64,000 nucleotides of DNA from Vicugna vicugna (taxonomy: Eukaryota), in assembly GCA_013265495.1 (NCBI GenBank), contig MU058718.1, positions 2,046,001 to 2,110,000 of the forward strand. Direction: 5' to 3'. Below, piece after piece: positions 13,309 to 28,300 of the stretch (the first letter of the stretch is position 1; each line of letters begins with the position of its first letter). A program made the translations under genes and the position numbers. The notes under the pieces are model-generated. The model was not told where the DNA came from and did no database searches. It saw nothing but the letters and a program-made list of their open reading frames with translations.

Positions 13309-16300
13309 CTAAAAGTTATTGCATGAACATAACATATAATGGGAATACAAATAAACTCATTCATTAGAATGTTACAGCTAGCAAAAGCTTCATTTTTCAT
13401 GAAGCGTTACCATATATATATGCAGTATGAAAATTCCATGACTTAATTTTTAGTAAACTTTCATAAATTCTTCTGTTATAAATTACCCAAATGACTTTTT
13501 ATCTTTATGACAGCTTCCTCTTAAGAATTAAGTATGTCTTAGGTATTGCATATAATAAACATAAATTTTTTAAATCGTTTGAAAGTAGAATTTTAAAAGG
13601 GATAATGGGTACATAAATGTTTGGTTACCAAGTTTATGTTTTTTAGGCACCATAATCATGTAACCTAGGACATAAAATTTAAGAAATTATATTTGTACAA
13701 TTTTATTTCATAGATGTAATTATATTCTTGCTTCCACAGATGCTGTCAAAAATATTTTCCCACTGAAACTGATTTTATTACCAACAAGTCTAGAGATGGG
13801 AGAAAGGAAAGCATGTAGCAGATACAGAAGGGATTTTCTTCTATCTACTCTTCATATCAGAGTCTGCTAGTACAGGAACTTCCCACATAGAATCAAAGCT
13901 ATCCCTATATGCCTAATAGTTACAATCAAGAAATCTGAGTCTCAATGGAGGAAAATGAGAGAGCAGTTAAACAGGTAAAGGGTTTGGCTGTGTTATCTGC
14001 CTAACAATGGCATGACCTTATTAAACTTATGCCCTAAAGGTTGTGCTAAATCATGGTAATAATGTTAATACAGACAGAAGATTCCAGCAGCAAACTAAAG
14101 TTTCACTGTAAGATTAATAAAATAAGGAAAGACATATAGTACCAATGGAATAAATAAGAAAACATGCTATCCGAAGCCTAAGTACAGCGGCTGTAACAGT
14201 TTCAGATGAAGTGCTGCACCTGCGTTCTACTAAGGGAGGTAAAAAGACACAGTACCTAATGCAAGGCAGAAAGTGAGAACGTACAGATAAAGCTCTATGG
14301 ATGTTCTGAGTAACTACAGACTGGAGGAAGAAAAGTTAATCATCGTGTTTTCTTGAGGAGATGACATCTGAACCAAGTTTTTAAGGACAGAGAGACTGAA
14401 TGTGATGCTATCTAGGTAGAGAATAGAAGACACACAGGAAACCATTAGTAGTTCAGTTTTCTGGAGTGCACATATAGAGGTATTATGAGAGATACAAATA
14501 CAGATCAGAAGGGCCTTTAATTACTACCTGTGATGTTTTATGCGTTTTCTTCAGTAGGAATTAAGCCAATAAAGGCTTTTATACAGGAAAAATAGCATTA
14601 TTAGAACTATCTTTCATGAAAATAAGCCTGGCCACAATGTACAGAACAGATGAAATAGTAAGAGTTTGGATAAGAAGCCAACATGGATCTGAACTAGACC
14701 GAGATTAAATGTACTCTGAAAGAGGAAAGGAATTTTAGGTATCGAGAAAACAGACCCTCACATTTTGGAAAATGATTAGACAGAAGTTGCAAAGTAGAGT
14801 AGAGTCAATGACAACTAGGAAGTTGAGCCTGAGGGAAGAATATATAGTATTACCACTAAGGAAATGCAATGTAGTACTGGACTTGTGGTCAGATCACCAG
14901 TGTTTAACTTCCAGGTCCAACACTAACTAGTTATGTAACCTGTTCTTCCTATCTTAAAAGGCTGTTGGTTCAAATAAGACTGAAAGGAACTCTGAGAGAG
15001 AAAAACCATAAATAAATGAACTCCATGAATGCTCCAATAAAAAGAAAGGGGACAAATAAGAGTAACAAGGTCTTAGAGAAGCAAGGTATATGCTGAAAGG
15101 TTTTTGAGCATGCTTGGATCATTAACTTTGAAAATGGGAGAGGGGGCACTCTGAAACAGGGAAGGGAGAAAGGACTCAATTATTTATGGCAAGAGAAAAA
15201 CTGAGGTAGCTTACATTAGTCACCTTGCTTTCATTTATTAACCACCTTTTATTTTTAATAAGATCACCAAGTGTATTTATAGGACCTCATCTCCAAACCC
15301 CTCTTATTATTTTAATTTTTGTAACAAATTTTTATACTACTTAAAGATTTAAAACTCAGTGAAGTAGAATTCTGATCTTCCAACCAGCATATTCTAATTA
15401 ACTAGGTACAGTATGTATACACAGAAGCTCAGTATCATATACATTTAATTATAAAATTAAAAATTGAAATTATTTTAATTCAATACTCCACCGAAAGTTT
15501 TCTAAACAATTTAAATTGCTCAATGTAACCTGTAATGAGCAAAAGATGTTTCTTCTCTTCTACCCTTCATACCATCATCTTTCTCAACTTTCTCCAAAAA
15601 GAAAAAATCCTTACCTGTGGTACCAGAATGAACAGATAACGACCTTTCTATCTGAAGTGGCGACATCATCTGTATTGTTAATTTTGCTAAATAGATGGCT
15701 TCATATTCCTAAAAAAGATTTTAACTAACTTTAATATTCATTTAAATTCTTGGATACCCAAAACATTTAAAAAGTGATTAATGTGTATGTTACTGGTATT
15801 GTTATGTTAGTTTATACTGAAAAATCTGATGCCATATTGCTGTAAGAGAAATGCAGGCTTAAAATTCCCACCTCATAACTTTACATTTACTAATGAGCCT
15901 ATAAATCAAGCCAATAGCTTACACTAGGGTATCACACACTGAACTGCCAGTCAGTATGTGTTCTCTGCCACTGGGGCATAAGCCATATGATCTCTGACTT
16001 CATCCTTTAAAACACACACATACCCTAAAAATCCCAAATGGCAATCTCATAAAATGATTATAAGAATAAGATAAAATATTTTAAAAATCAGATTACTATA
16101 AGGCATTTAATGGATTCAAGTTTATATTTGATCCTAATTTCTTAAAATCAATAATCCTCTACTTCCCAGTTACAGATGGAGTAATATAGGCATTTATGTC
16201 CCTCTCCCCTTTCTGGAAACAAGCAATGGAGAACTCCTTATTTGATGAAACTAGGAAACATCAATACCCCCGAATATGAGAAGAATGAAGAGAAAGAGAA

Positions 16301-19300
16301 TTGTGATTAGGAAGGCTCATCAAGAGGGCTTTTGGGATCCTGGCAAAGGTTCAATTTCTTGACCTGGGTGGTAGTTACATGGATGTTTATTTATACTTAA
16401 TGCATTTTTCTATATGTATATTATATTTCACAATAACATTTTTTTAAAAAATGGAACCAGACTAAGATATGCACAGAAGATGCCTAACTGCAGGTATCAG
16501 GCAGAGTCGGTACAGTTCAGAGTTCTCCAATAAAGGTGGCAGACCTAAGACAAACCTAAGAAGCCTTTGCATAGAATGATAATGTCAGGAAGTATGTGTG
16601 GGCTGTGGGAGGAGGCAGGGCATATTAAGGAAAATGTGAACATCCACGCTCTCCACTCACTGAGTAGAGAGAGTCATAGCACCAAGAAAAGTGTTAATGA
16701 GAAAGTCTCCCAAGACAGCTGGGAAAATTTAAGCTGCCTACCTTTCCCAACCACTCCTCTGGATCCTTTCCCACTTTCCTGTTGGGCAAATACAGCTGAT
16801 CTAGGAAGAATATCTCCAGTTCAAAGGTGGCCAATAATCCAAAAGGAACCAAAGTAGATCTTATGTAAAGACATTTGCGGGGGGTGGGGGATGGGGCGAT
16901 GTGATAACCAAAAGTCATATAAAGAATACTGCATAAAAATTACCCCATGAAGCAGGTAAAAATTAGTAATAGTTCTCCATGAAATCAATGAGAATATGGC
17001 ATTTCTGAAATAAGTTCAAAGAAGAGATAAAAGGACTCATGGAAGAAACATGACAATGAAAGAGATGATACAACAACTATTAGAGCCCAACAAAAAACTG
17101 GAAGAGAGGACAGAAGCCCTACAGAAATAATGAATATAACAGAATCAACAAAGAGAATAGACCATACTGTGCAATTCTGGCACATTATCACCTACCCTTT
17201 TCTCCTGTATTGTTCCAAACAGCACATAAATATGCCATTTCCTACCATTTTAGAAAACAACCCTCCTCTTAATCCTAGTTTCCCCTCCAGCTACTGTTTC
17301 ATTTCTGTTTTCTCCTAAGTATAATTCCTGGAATTACCTACTCTTACATTCACATTCCTCTCTCCATTTTCCCTTGAAATCTGAGCAATTATCCTTATCC
17401 TTCCCCTTTCATAAAAAACTGTTTCTCAAGGGCACCAATGACTTCACATTCCTAATCTAATGTCAATTCTCAGCCCTTATCTTATTTAACCTATTACCAG
17501 CTTTTGAAACAGAGGCTCATTCCCTACCCTTCGAACACCTTCACTTGACTTCCCAAACACCAGACCATCCTGATTTTCTTCCTATCTCATTGGTCACTCT
17601 TTTTAGTCTCCTGCTTATTCCTCATCTCCCCAACCTTTGCATGTTGAGAGTGCATTAAGGTTCTGTTTCTGAAATCTTTCTCTATCCACACTCACTTCTC
17701 TAGTGATCTCACCCAGTTTCAGGGCTTTCAATAGCATCTATATACTGATAAACCCTAGATAGACGGTTCTTTCTTATGAACTCCGGGCTTATATGTATAC
17801 CTGCACATTGTCTAAAAGCTCTCTTAATCTTAACATGACCAAAATCGATTCGATCTTATTCCCTTCCAAACTTCATGCAGCTGGGGGCCTGGGCAAGGAT
17901 ATAGCTCAGTAGTAGAGTGCATGCTTAGCCGGTACAAGGTCCTGGATTCAACCCCCAGTACCTCTATTAAAAAACAAAAAACGAAACTTCACACAGTTTT
18001 CTCCCATACAAGTAAGTAGCAGTTCCTCTTCAAGTACAAGTAAGTAGCAGTTCAGGCTAAAATGCTTAGATTCCTCCTGATCTCTACATCCAATCCATCA
18101 GCAAATCCTGTTAGCTATACTGTCAAATAAATCCGGAATCTGATGTTTCTTCACCTCTTCTCCTGCTACCACTTTGGTCCAAACCAGTATTCTCTTTAAA
18201 CTCCACCACTGCAATAGCCTCCTAACTCATGTATCGGCTTCACCCCTTAGCCCAACAACCCCTACAGTATGTACACAGTATATTATATTCAACACAACAG
18301 CCAGATGATCTGAAGTTATTCCTTCACTTAAAATAGAAGCCAAAGGCCTTACTTACAATGGCCTATAAAAGCCTACACATGTGGCCCCTTTCCTCTCAGT
18401 TCTAATCTCCTACTACTATTCCACTTGTTTACTCTGTTGCAGCCACACTGATCTTACACTTCCTTGAAAATATTATGCACACTTCCATCTCAAGGCACTT
18501 GCCTGTATTCCCTCTACCTAGAATGCTTTCCCCCAAATATCAGCATAGCTTGTTCTCTTAATTTCTCCAGGTCTTTGCTTAAATATCACTTCTTCAGTAA
18601 GGCCTTTCCTGATCACCTTTTAAAAATGCAATTCACGTTGCACCTCTCTCCCTTACTTTTCTCTGTGACCCATTACCACCTGATCTACTATATCTTACTT
18701 TGTTTATTGTCTAATTCTCTCATTAGAGTAAGTTTCATGAGGTCAGAGATTCGTCTCTTTTGTTCTCTGCTTTACTGCTACTGCCTAGAGCAGTTCAAAA
18801 AAATGTTTGTTGAAACAAAGCATGGAAAAGGGAAGAAAAGCCCTGAAAAATCAAATAAAAAGAGAAAAGAACAAGATAGGCAATAATTACAGAAAAAATG
18901 GCAGATACAGAAGACAAAGGGAACCAACATAAACTATGTCTCTGGGAGGAAAAAAAAGGCAAATGAAACAGAACAAAACAAAAGCCAAATACATAATGGA
19001 AGAAAATTTTCTGAAATAAGGGAAGGCTTGAATCTGTAAGTGGTAAGAGCACACTATGATTCAGAAAAAAACTGATACAGAGCAATCAATAAGATGTATC
19101 CTGATAAACCATCCCTTCTGATCCAGACAACACTTCTTCCTCCCAATCATGTCTTCTAAGGGGGAAAATTTTTTTTAATTAGGCTCCCCTCAGACTTCTT
19201 TGGAGCAATATTCAATGTCAGGTCTGTGTACAGGCCTATAAGGGAAAAAGCATTAAACAAAAATTTTATATCTAGCCAACTGTCATTCAAACAAAAGAGC

Positions 19301-22300
19301 AACAGAAAAATACTTTCCAACATGCCAGGATTTAGGGAATAGTGTTCAAGAACTCTTCTTTAAAATATGCTCAAAGACAAACTCCAGGAGTTGAATTAAG
19401 AAACTAGAATCCTATTTAAATACAGAACTAAGGATAAACAACTAGAAAATATGGTTGTAAGACAGAATGTATATATTATAATCTGTAACAATGTAGAAAA
19501 AGTATAATCTTTTTGAAAAAGGAGGTGACAGGACAAATAACAGAACGTAGTTTAAGCAGATGATCCTGTATTGGTCAATGCTATTTAAAACTGCAAAGCC
19601 CCAAGAGGTACAGTATTTAAATATTTTTAAAGGTATAAGAGGTGGCTTTCAGAAGAACTAAGAGTCGTAACAACAAAACAGGTAGTGGGGTGGGGGAAGA
19701 AGCAGAGGTATATAAATTTTTATCTTTTATAGAGCAAATCAACTGATAGTTATTTAAATGTGATAACTCAAACTTAAAAATTATCAAAAGAATACAAACA
19801 TACCAAAAAATTAATGAATTTTATAATGAAAAGTTTAAAAAAAGATGTATTTAAAACAGAAAGCATGACATGAAACAAAATGATACACAAAAGTATATGT
19901 CATTTTTAGAACACGAAAGTGGATAAATTCACCTATTAAAGAAAAATGTTGGTAACAAATCAAATAGCAAAATTCAGCCATAGGCCATAACAGGACATGC
20001 ATCTAAAAGAAAGTGATTTAGAAAGGTGGAAAAAAATGAAATGAAGAAACTCACAAGGCAAATGTAAACAAACAAAATAGTAAGTATCATAATATTAATA
20101 TTAAACAAGGTTAATGTCAAGGTAAAATAATTGAATGGAGAAATAATAAAGTATATAACTACAATGAAGATCTAACTTGAATTTTATGTACCATATAATA
20201 CAGCACCAAAATTGGCAAAGAAACTAGAGGAAATAAAGAAAAAATAAACAGAAACATAATATAGTAAAAGCATTTCAATTCACCTCTCTCAGCCCAAGTC
20301 AGATCAAGTGGACAAGTACAATCAGCCCTCTGTATGCACAGATGCAGAACCCACAAATACAGAGGGCTGACTGTATTATGCCATTTTATATAAGGAACTT
20401 GAGCATCCTCGCATTTGGAACCCACAGTGGGTCCTGGAACCAATCCCCCATGGATACTGAGGGATGACTGTATATTGAACTTTATGCCCTGAAAACAAAG
20501 AATAAATACATCTTCTTTCCAAATGCACAGGAAATAGTCATAATATCAGTTGTATATTAGGTGGGCCACAAAGAAAACATTAGAAAATAAATCCTATCAC
20601 CTTTACAGTTTTTTAAAAAACTCAAAATGTTAAATGAAATCAAAGAATATCAAGTTATAACAATAAAAAAATTCTGCATAGCAGAATCTGTAGGATATGG
20701 CTAAAGCAATGCTCAGAGGATAATTCATAGTCTTGAATTCTTGAAAGAATGAAGAACTAAGCTTTCAACTCAAGAAATTCACAAAATAACAGAAGCAGCA
20801 AAAACAACAAAAGCTAAGGAAAGCACGAAGCAAGCAGAAATTCAAAAATAGAAAAATTATTTAAGATAACCTTATCAAGGGAAAAAGCACAGATATACAA
20901 AATTAGAAAAAAGAATGGAAAAATAATCACAGAATCAGAAGATATTAAAAGAATATAAGACATTATTTTCCTCAAATCTATGTCAAATCTTATAAAATGA
21001 ATGATTTTATAGGAGGTTATGAAACCATCCAATATCCTGAAGAGTATATACAAATCAGACTTAACCTATCAAATAAAGAAAGCTGTCTAAGAACTGGTCC
21101 ACTCTCAAACTATATGAATGAAATAATGAACAACTGAATTAAGAAATCAAGGTCTGATGATTTCACAGGTATCATATATAACCAAAACATTAAGAAGCAG
21201 ATAACTCCAATCTAATTTACATTGTTCTAGAGTATATAAAAAGAAAGCAAGCCTCCATTTTACAAATGAGAACATTGTGATAGACACCAAACCAGAAAAG
21301 GGTAGTACAGGAAAAAAGTTGCAAACTAGTATCACTTATTCAACTAATTCCAAACTCTTGAAAAAAAAAGATATTAACAAATAGAATCTAGCAATACATT
21401 AATGGAACATCGTCTACCAAAACCAAATAAAATCTATTTGTGAAGCAAAAGGATGATTCAAAGTTAAGACATCTAGTATAATGTGTGTGATCCAATAATT
21501 CAATTCACCACATTAATAGCTTAAAGGAGTAAAACTACATAGTCATTCCATTAAAAACTTTTTTACAGCTAAAAATCAACATCTATTCCAGATAAAAACT
21601 CTATATAGGAACAGATGAACACTCACACAAACACATACACAATGTAATACTAGAAGCACTGACATTAAAATCAAGAACAAAGTATGAGTACTACATCACT
21701 ATTACTTTTCATTGTTCTGATACAATGACCATCTAATGAGAAAGAAGTCAAAAAAAACTAGAAAAATGGCAAAATTATTATGATTCGGAGATGAAAACCT
21801 AAGATAATCAACTAGAAAATGTCTTAGATTTTTTAGAATTTAATAAGGTTGCCAATGGGTAACAATAAAAATCAATAGCTTCCCTATATACAAATAAGCA
21901 ATTAGAAAACATTCTGGAGGAAAATTTTATTTACAATGGGAAAAGAAAAGTATCTTAGGAATAAATTTCAAAAGAAATGCATATATTCTATACAAAGAAA
22001 ACTTTATAAAACACTAAAGGATATAGAAACTGACTTCAATAAATGGAACATACTCTTAGAGGGGAAGACTGAAAACTTTAAAGGTGTCAATGGTTTCTGA
22101 ACTGTGAATGTAAAGATAGTATTATTAAAAACAACTACAGGACTCCTTCCAGTAAAGTTCACACCAAAAAATAAGTGTTAAGAACTTGCCAGGAAAATCC
22201 CAGAAAGAACATTAATGAGGGAATCCTCATTAAACTAAATATTTAATGTCAGTAATATAAATTACATAATACAGTTTTTAAAATTCTTTGATACAAGTGC

Positions 22301-25300
22301 AGCAATAAGTAAACCAATGGAACAGAATACAAAGTCAGAGAAAGACTCAAGTATAGATCAGAATTTGGTATATAATAAAAAAGGTATTTCAAATCAGTTG
22401 GCTAAAGATTTTCTTACTATACAAAAAGTCTTTATAAACCAGTGAGGAAAATATCAACAACTTGATAGAAAAATGGGCAAACTATAAAGAGTTGCCACTT
22501 CTACCACCTTGATGACAATGATTAAGAAGTTTCATAAAACACTTTTTGCTATTGGTATTGATTAGGGTATGGGTAAACACATCCTTGTTTCCTGGTGGTA
22601 TAAGTTTTACATTATTTCCGCCTTTTTAGAAGCAATTTGGCAACAACAAGTTTCAAATGCCCTCTGACCCAGCAATTCCACTCTGATCCAGCAATTCCAC
22701 TCTGATCAATTATCTTACAGGCATATTCACACATGTTAACAAAGATGTATCTACCAGGATATTCTTTCCCATACTGTTTAAAATCATGAAAGGCTGGAAA
22801 CAATCTAAAAGTCCATGTATAAAGAACTGGTCACATAAAACTATAATACATATATACACACATGCACATATACACATAAAAATATGCAAGTAGAGCTATA
22901 TATGCTGTTCTAGAATGATCTTCAAGATACTAAACAAGCTGAAGTCAAGGATACCACTGTGTGCCTTTTAAACGAATGAAATAAAAACTAAAAGTAAATT
23001 AAATATGAAAATGAAGTTAAAATTTAACATTTGGTAACCAAGACAACCCATTTTGTAGTGCTCTTTATGTCTCAATGTGAGATTTATTCCTCCATAAGTG
23101 GATGGAATCAGCCAGAGCACATTCTTCAACTTACGATTTTCCTTCTTGGAAAAAATTAAATAAACTTATCAGATGTTCACAGGTTTATTTTATTGTCTCT
23201 TTTAGAGCATCTTCTAGGCACCATCAAAATGAAAAGAACATGGAAAAGATATAGCACATAAAATAGAAAAAGCTGCTAAATGTAATATACTTAGAATATA
23301 AACTCTCTTATGGTCTGTATATGTGATCAAAACAAAAAACTGAAGAAATTTCTAACATCAATTATTTTACTTTATACTTAACAATATGCCTTTAACAATT
23401 TTTCTTCTTGTTAACAGCAGCTTTTAAGAAAATACTTTTAAATAGAGATGTAAACGAGAATGAAGAATGAAATTAGTCAGATTATGGCAATTTTTAAGTA
23501 TTTACAAAATACTACAACTAAATTAAATGAACATAAGATTTTAATTATACTACTTTAGACTGTCTGAAAGAGGAAGAAGGAGAAGTTACCTGAAGTTGAT
23601 GGACAAATCCAGCATTAGGATTAATACAAAATCTTCTTTCTTGAACGTAGGCAAATGCATCTCTGAAAACAAAAAAAGAAAACTAAGGAGATAATATTTT
23701 TTCATGAAATAACCTCAACTTTTCCAGAATTTATCTAAAACCGGAACTTATCTAGCAATTTATCTAAAATAGGAAATCATAATCATACAGTTTGTACTAC
23801 AGAAAGGTAGTGAGTTGCAGTGGAAAAATTGACAGCATGGTCAGACTAAATACTGCAATTCCTTTGCTTCCCAGCTGTATGTCCTAAGAGACACTTCTCA
23901 ACTTCTCTAAGCTTTATTTTTCTTGTCTATTAATTGGGGATTACAATAATTCCTATCTTGGAGCACTATTGTGAAGATGGAAGATAATAAGTATAAAACA
24001 TCTTGTATAGCATCTGTCACATAGCATATGCTCAGATATTATCACTGGTTAAATGAAAAGTGTATCTACTTCCTTGTGTCGTTGAGATAAAAGTGCCTGG
24101 AATAGTACCCGGTACGTGGCAGAGACTCCATAAATGGAACTTATTTTCACTATTTCACTCCCCCTTTTTTTTTTTATTGAAGTACAGTCAGTTTCACTAT
24201 TAACATTCTTATTGACATGGCACCAAATAATAAAGAGATACATACATTAAATATTGCCTACCAAGCATTAATCTTTTTCTATTAAATAAATAAAACATTT
24301 GTATTCAAATAATATTTTTTTAGAATACTTGAGCAAATTTTTCCATTATAATTTAAAGATAAAAGTAGCAAACAAACTAAAGCATTTGAATATCTACTAT
24401 GTGTCAGGCATGTGGACCCAATGCAAAACATAGCTCAAATGGAGAGAGTAATGGGAAACATGACATAAGAATGAAGAGGCTGACAGGGGCATGTCATGGG
24501 AAGTTTCACTGGCCATGTTAAGAATTACTAAGGGTCAGAAACTTTTGAGAGATATTTAGGGTAAGGTGATATCCGATCAGATTAATCTTTTGAGAAAATA
24601 ATTCAGAATGTGGTGTGGAGAACAGAACATACCAAAGAAGGAAAGAAACATGAGACCACCAAGGAGGTGACTACTGGGAGAGTCCAAGGGTGACATGATT
24701 GGTGCTTGGATCAGGAGAGTAAATGATGATAAAGAGAAAAAGCCAGACTCAAGGTATTTTTAGGACATAAAACAGAAAGGATTTGGTAACAGGTCAGTTT
24801 GGGAAATGAGCAGTGCAAGAGAAGGTGGTATCAACGATTACAACAGATTTCTAACTTGTACACCAAGACACACTAAGAAAGAAAATACTGTACACTGGCC
24901 AGCTTTTTTGTTTGTTTGTTTTAGGGTGAAAAGCTCATCAGCCTGGCCCCCTCCCCTCGTCTATGCAATATGCTTGGAAAAGATGGTTTTGGATAAGACA
25001 GAGTACAACGAATTTTGAACAGACACTAAAATAATTTCTAGGTAATTTTTCATCCAACTACTGTTAAAGGAAAACATAATTAACTTTTTAAACAAAGCAA
25101 GCAATTATATCTTTGTGTAAGAGTTTTTAAACTCAGATTAACCATTCTCCAATAGTAAGCAAGCAGTTTCCCATGGATTATTTCAACTATAATTACCTTG
25201 GGTTCTCAAAATAACAAGAGATAGCACTAGCTCCATAAAACAACAAAATATTAGCCTAAGCAGATCTACACACGATAGACAAGCTACAAATAGACAAGCT

Positions 25301-28300
25301 ACAAAGATTAAGAGACTAATCACAGGATGTAAGGGTCTGCCTAATTAAACATAGACTAGATGACAGAATCAGATAAACTTCAAACTCCCAGACCATCTCC
25401 ATTCAGCTTCATTTTAATGAGAATTTAAATTGTGGCTAGGTTTCAGAGTACTTTCTTACCTGTACTTCATTCCAAACGTTTCCATAATGTACGCAATAAC
25501 AAAGGCAGCACTGAAGAGGGGGAAAAAATTTTAGAAAAAACAGAAAATACAACTCATTAATTAAATGCTAGAGAAAAAAAGATTATCTCTAACTTCATAC
25601 CTCCTGGAGATCCCTGCATTCCCATGGACAAGAACTTTTCCTGAAAAATAAGAAATAGTTATTCTGATAGAAAGACATCTTATTCAGCAGCTAAAATATA
25701 TTAAAACCATGTATCATACCACAGTAAAATATATCTTTTCTCAAACATTTTATATATGCAACCTGGATATTTATTAATTTTCAAATCTTTATGGTGTATT
25801 TCTATTAACTGTGTGGAGATTACAATAGACTTTTAGGTTACAGAGATTTAAAGCTGACCTAGAATTTGAAAATAGTTCTATGGGGATATTTAAGAAAGCC
25901 TACTCAAATGAAACAAGAAGTTGGGAAAATACAGATTTGGGAAAAGTCTACTATTTATAATTAAAACTTTCATATCCTGCATTTAAGACAAACACTGAAA
26001 AACCAACTGTAACAAGTAATCTTCTAAAAATAAATGCAAGTAAAGGAAATATTATTTACCTCCACTTTGTAAGCTCCCATCAATAAACTCTTTAGTCTGA
26101 AGGCAAAAGAAAATGTGTTATAATAAAATATATGGTTAACATAAGCATAAAATACAAAATACATACAGTGAAACAAAATATTCTGAAAGTAATTTTCTGC
26201 TGATTTGTATGAATAAAAATTACCTTAAGTCAAAAATCTTCAAAATGCTGCAAATACAACTATTAAAAGTTTAAAGTTTTGTTTGAATTTAAGAAATCTG
26301 AAGTGTGATTTCTCAAATATATGGAGATGAAAAAAAAGTTTTAAAAATAATAAATTTTCTTTAAAATAGAATCCCACAATTTTCAGTCATAACAAAGTAA
26401 AAGCATTATAGGAGAAAATGAACCACAATTAAGAGGACAGATCTTAAAGAAAGTTTAAATGACACTAATATATTGATACCTACCATGGGGAAAAAACGTA
26501 TTATATTTTCAACTGGATTATCTGCAATATCCAAGACTAAATATCTGAAAGTAGAATATTTTGTGATAAGCACACTTTCAAATAAAATTCTTCATATATA
26601 AAAAATACAAAAATTTCTTGGCAACCATGAAAATAATGCAAAACAACTTTCAAAATATCATATCCCCAAAAACTAAGCCATAGACTTTATACTGTTTGAA
26701 GGTATAGTGTTTAAATCCTTACATAACATGTTACCATTTCTCTGATATCTTAGTATAAAAAACTTATCTGCTTAAAATAGAAAAATCGCAAGTAGGAATA
26801 AACCTCTAGATCAGAGTGGACCTAGAAAATAAAGACGAAAATTGCCCGTTTTCCTTGTTGTTGTTCTTCTATTTCTACCAACTTCCCTAGGACTACAAGA
26901 TTCTTCTCTGGGCGGTCATTCACAACCCTACAGGGCACAATTCAGAGGAAGCCCAAAGTCTGAGAGAGAAGGAACTAACTAAAATAGAAGGCAGCAGTCG
27001 ATGGAGCATGAGGCAAATATTGTCTGAACTAACCTTGAGTAGAGCAAAGCATAGCCAGAAGACCACCTGTCCTGGAATTTTACACTTCGAAAAACCTTTA
27101 AAATAAGGCATTTTAATATACTAGACTTACTTTATTTTGTGAAAAACTTCCATTTCTAACCTATCCAAGACCACCTGTTTATTAACACAACTATAGGTAA
27201 TTAAGTTATAAAATTAATTTTTAAAGTCAATATTGCTGTCTTTAATGATCATTTTGGTGGTAACAACTTCAACAAATTCAGAGCTTATCACAGAGAAGCT
27301 GCACCTAGGACATTTTGGCACTAAAAATAAAAATTCTATACCAATTAGAAATGTATGTATGACATTTTAAAATACAACATTTTCATTTTCTTTAATGTAC
27401 ACAAGTCTGTATGTGTGTATACATAATACACATATACAATAGAGAAGGTTTAGAAGGAAAATGCTAACTAAAGTTAAGTTCCTCTGGGTTGCAGAATTAT
27501 GGACAACTTTTAAAATATTTTTCTTGGTGTCATTCTGTATTTTCCAAAGTATCTATAAAGAACAAGTATTTCTTTTGCAATTAGAAAAAATTCAATCTAT
27601 TTTATTTTGGAATAGACATTCCTTTTCTAAAACTAGTTTTTTATTGACGGATAAGTATACATACAGTAAAACATTTTTACAGTATAAAGATATTTGCAGT
27701 GAAAAATAAGTCCCTCTCTACCATTCCAGATCCTAAATTTCCCTTCTTAGAAGCAACCATCGTCAAATTTCTAGTCTGTTAGTCCATAAATTTTCTATGC
27801 ATATACAAGAATATATGCCTAATGTATTGTATATATTTTAAGCACATCAAGAGTACACACGACTCTGCACCTTGCATTTAATAAATCTTTTGAGATTAGT
27901 CCATATCAGCACATAGAAATATTTCATTCTTTTCTACAGTTACAGCATTCTACTGCATATTCACACAATATATTTTAGAGTATCTCATACTGATGGTCAT
28001 TCAGGTTGCTTTCATTTTTACAAACAATGAAGAACATTAAAATATTTTTAACACATATGCTGTTATATAAAATACAAATATCTCTAGAATGGTATCCAAA
28101 GCAGAGTTAACAGTAGCTGCCTCCTAGCTAGAGATAAGCTAGGTAGCTGGGTTAAGGGGAGGAAAGAGACTTTTTCACTGTATGCTTTTTTGAACCCTTG
28201 GCCCTTGTATCACAGCTGTAATACACCTTACTTTTAAAATGAAGCTAAAATAAAGAACATGAAAAATCATCAAATGCTCAATGGCATTCATCATAAGATA

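Noticed and set aside
18464..18886. Longest ORF in the track (140 aa, +)
   Set aside because: Starts at TTG, spans an L2 fragment into A-rich L1 sequence, has no recognisable domain, and lies antisense in a STYX intron.
22662..22707. 19-bp unit CTCTGA(C/T)CCAGCAATTCCA repeated about 2.4 times
   Set aside because: Local slippage inside an L1 fossil motif. There are no unique spacers and the context is eukaryotic, so it is not CRISPR-like.
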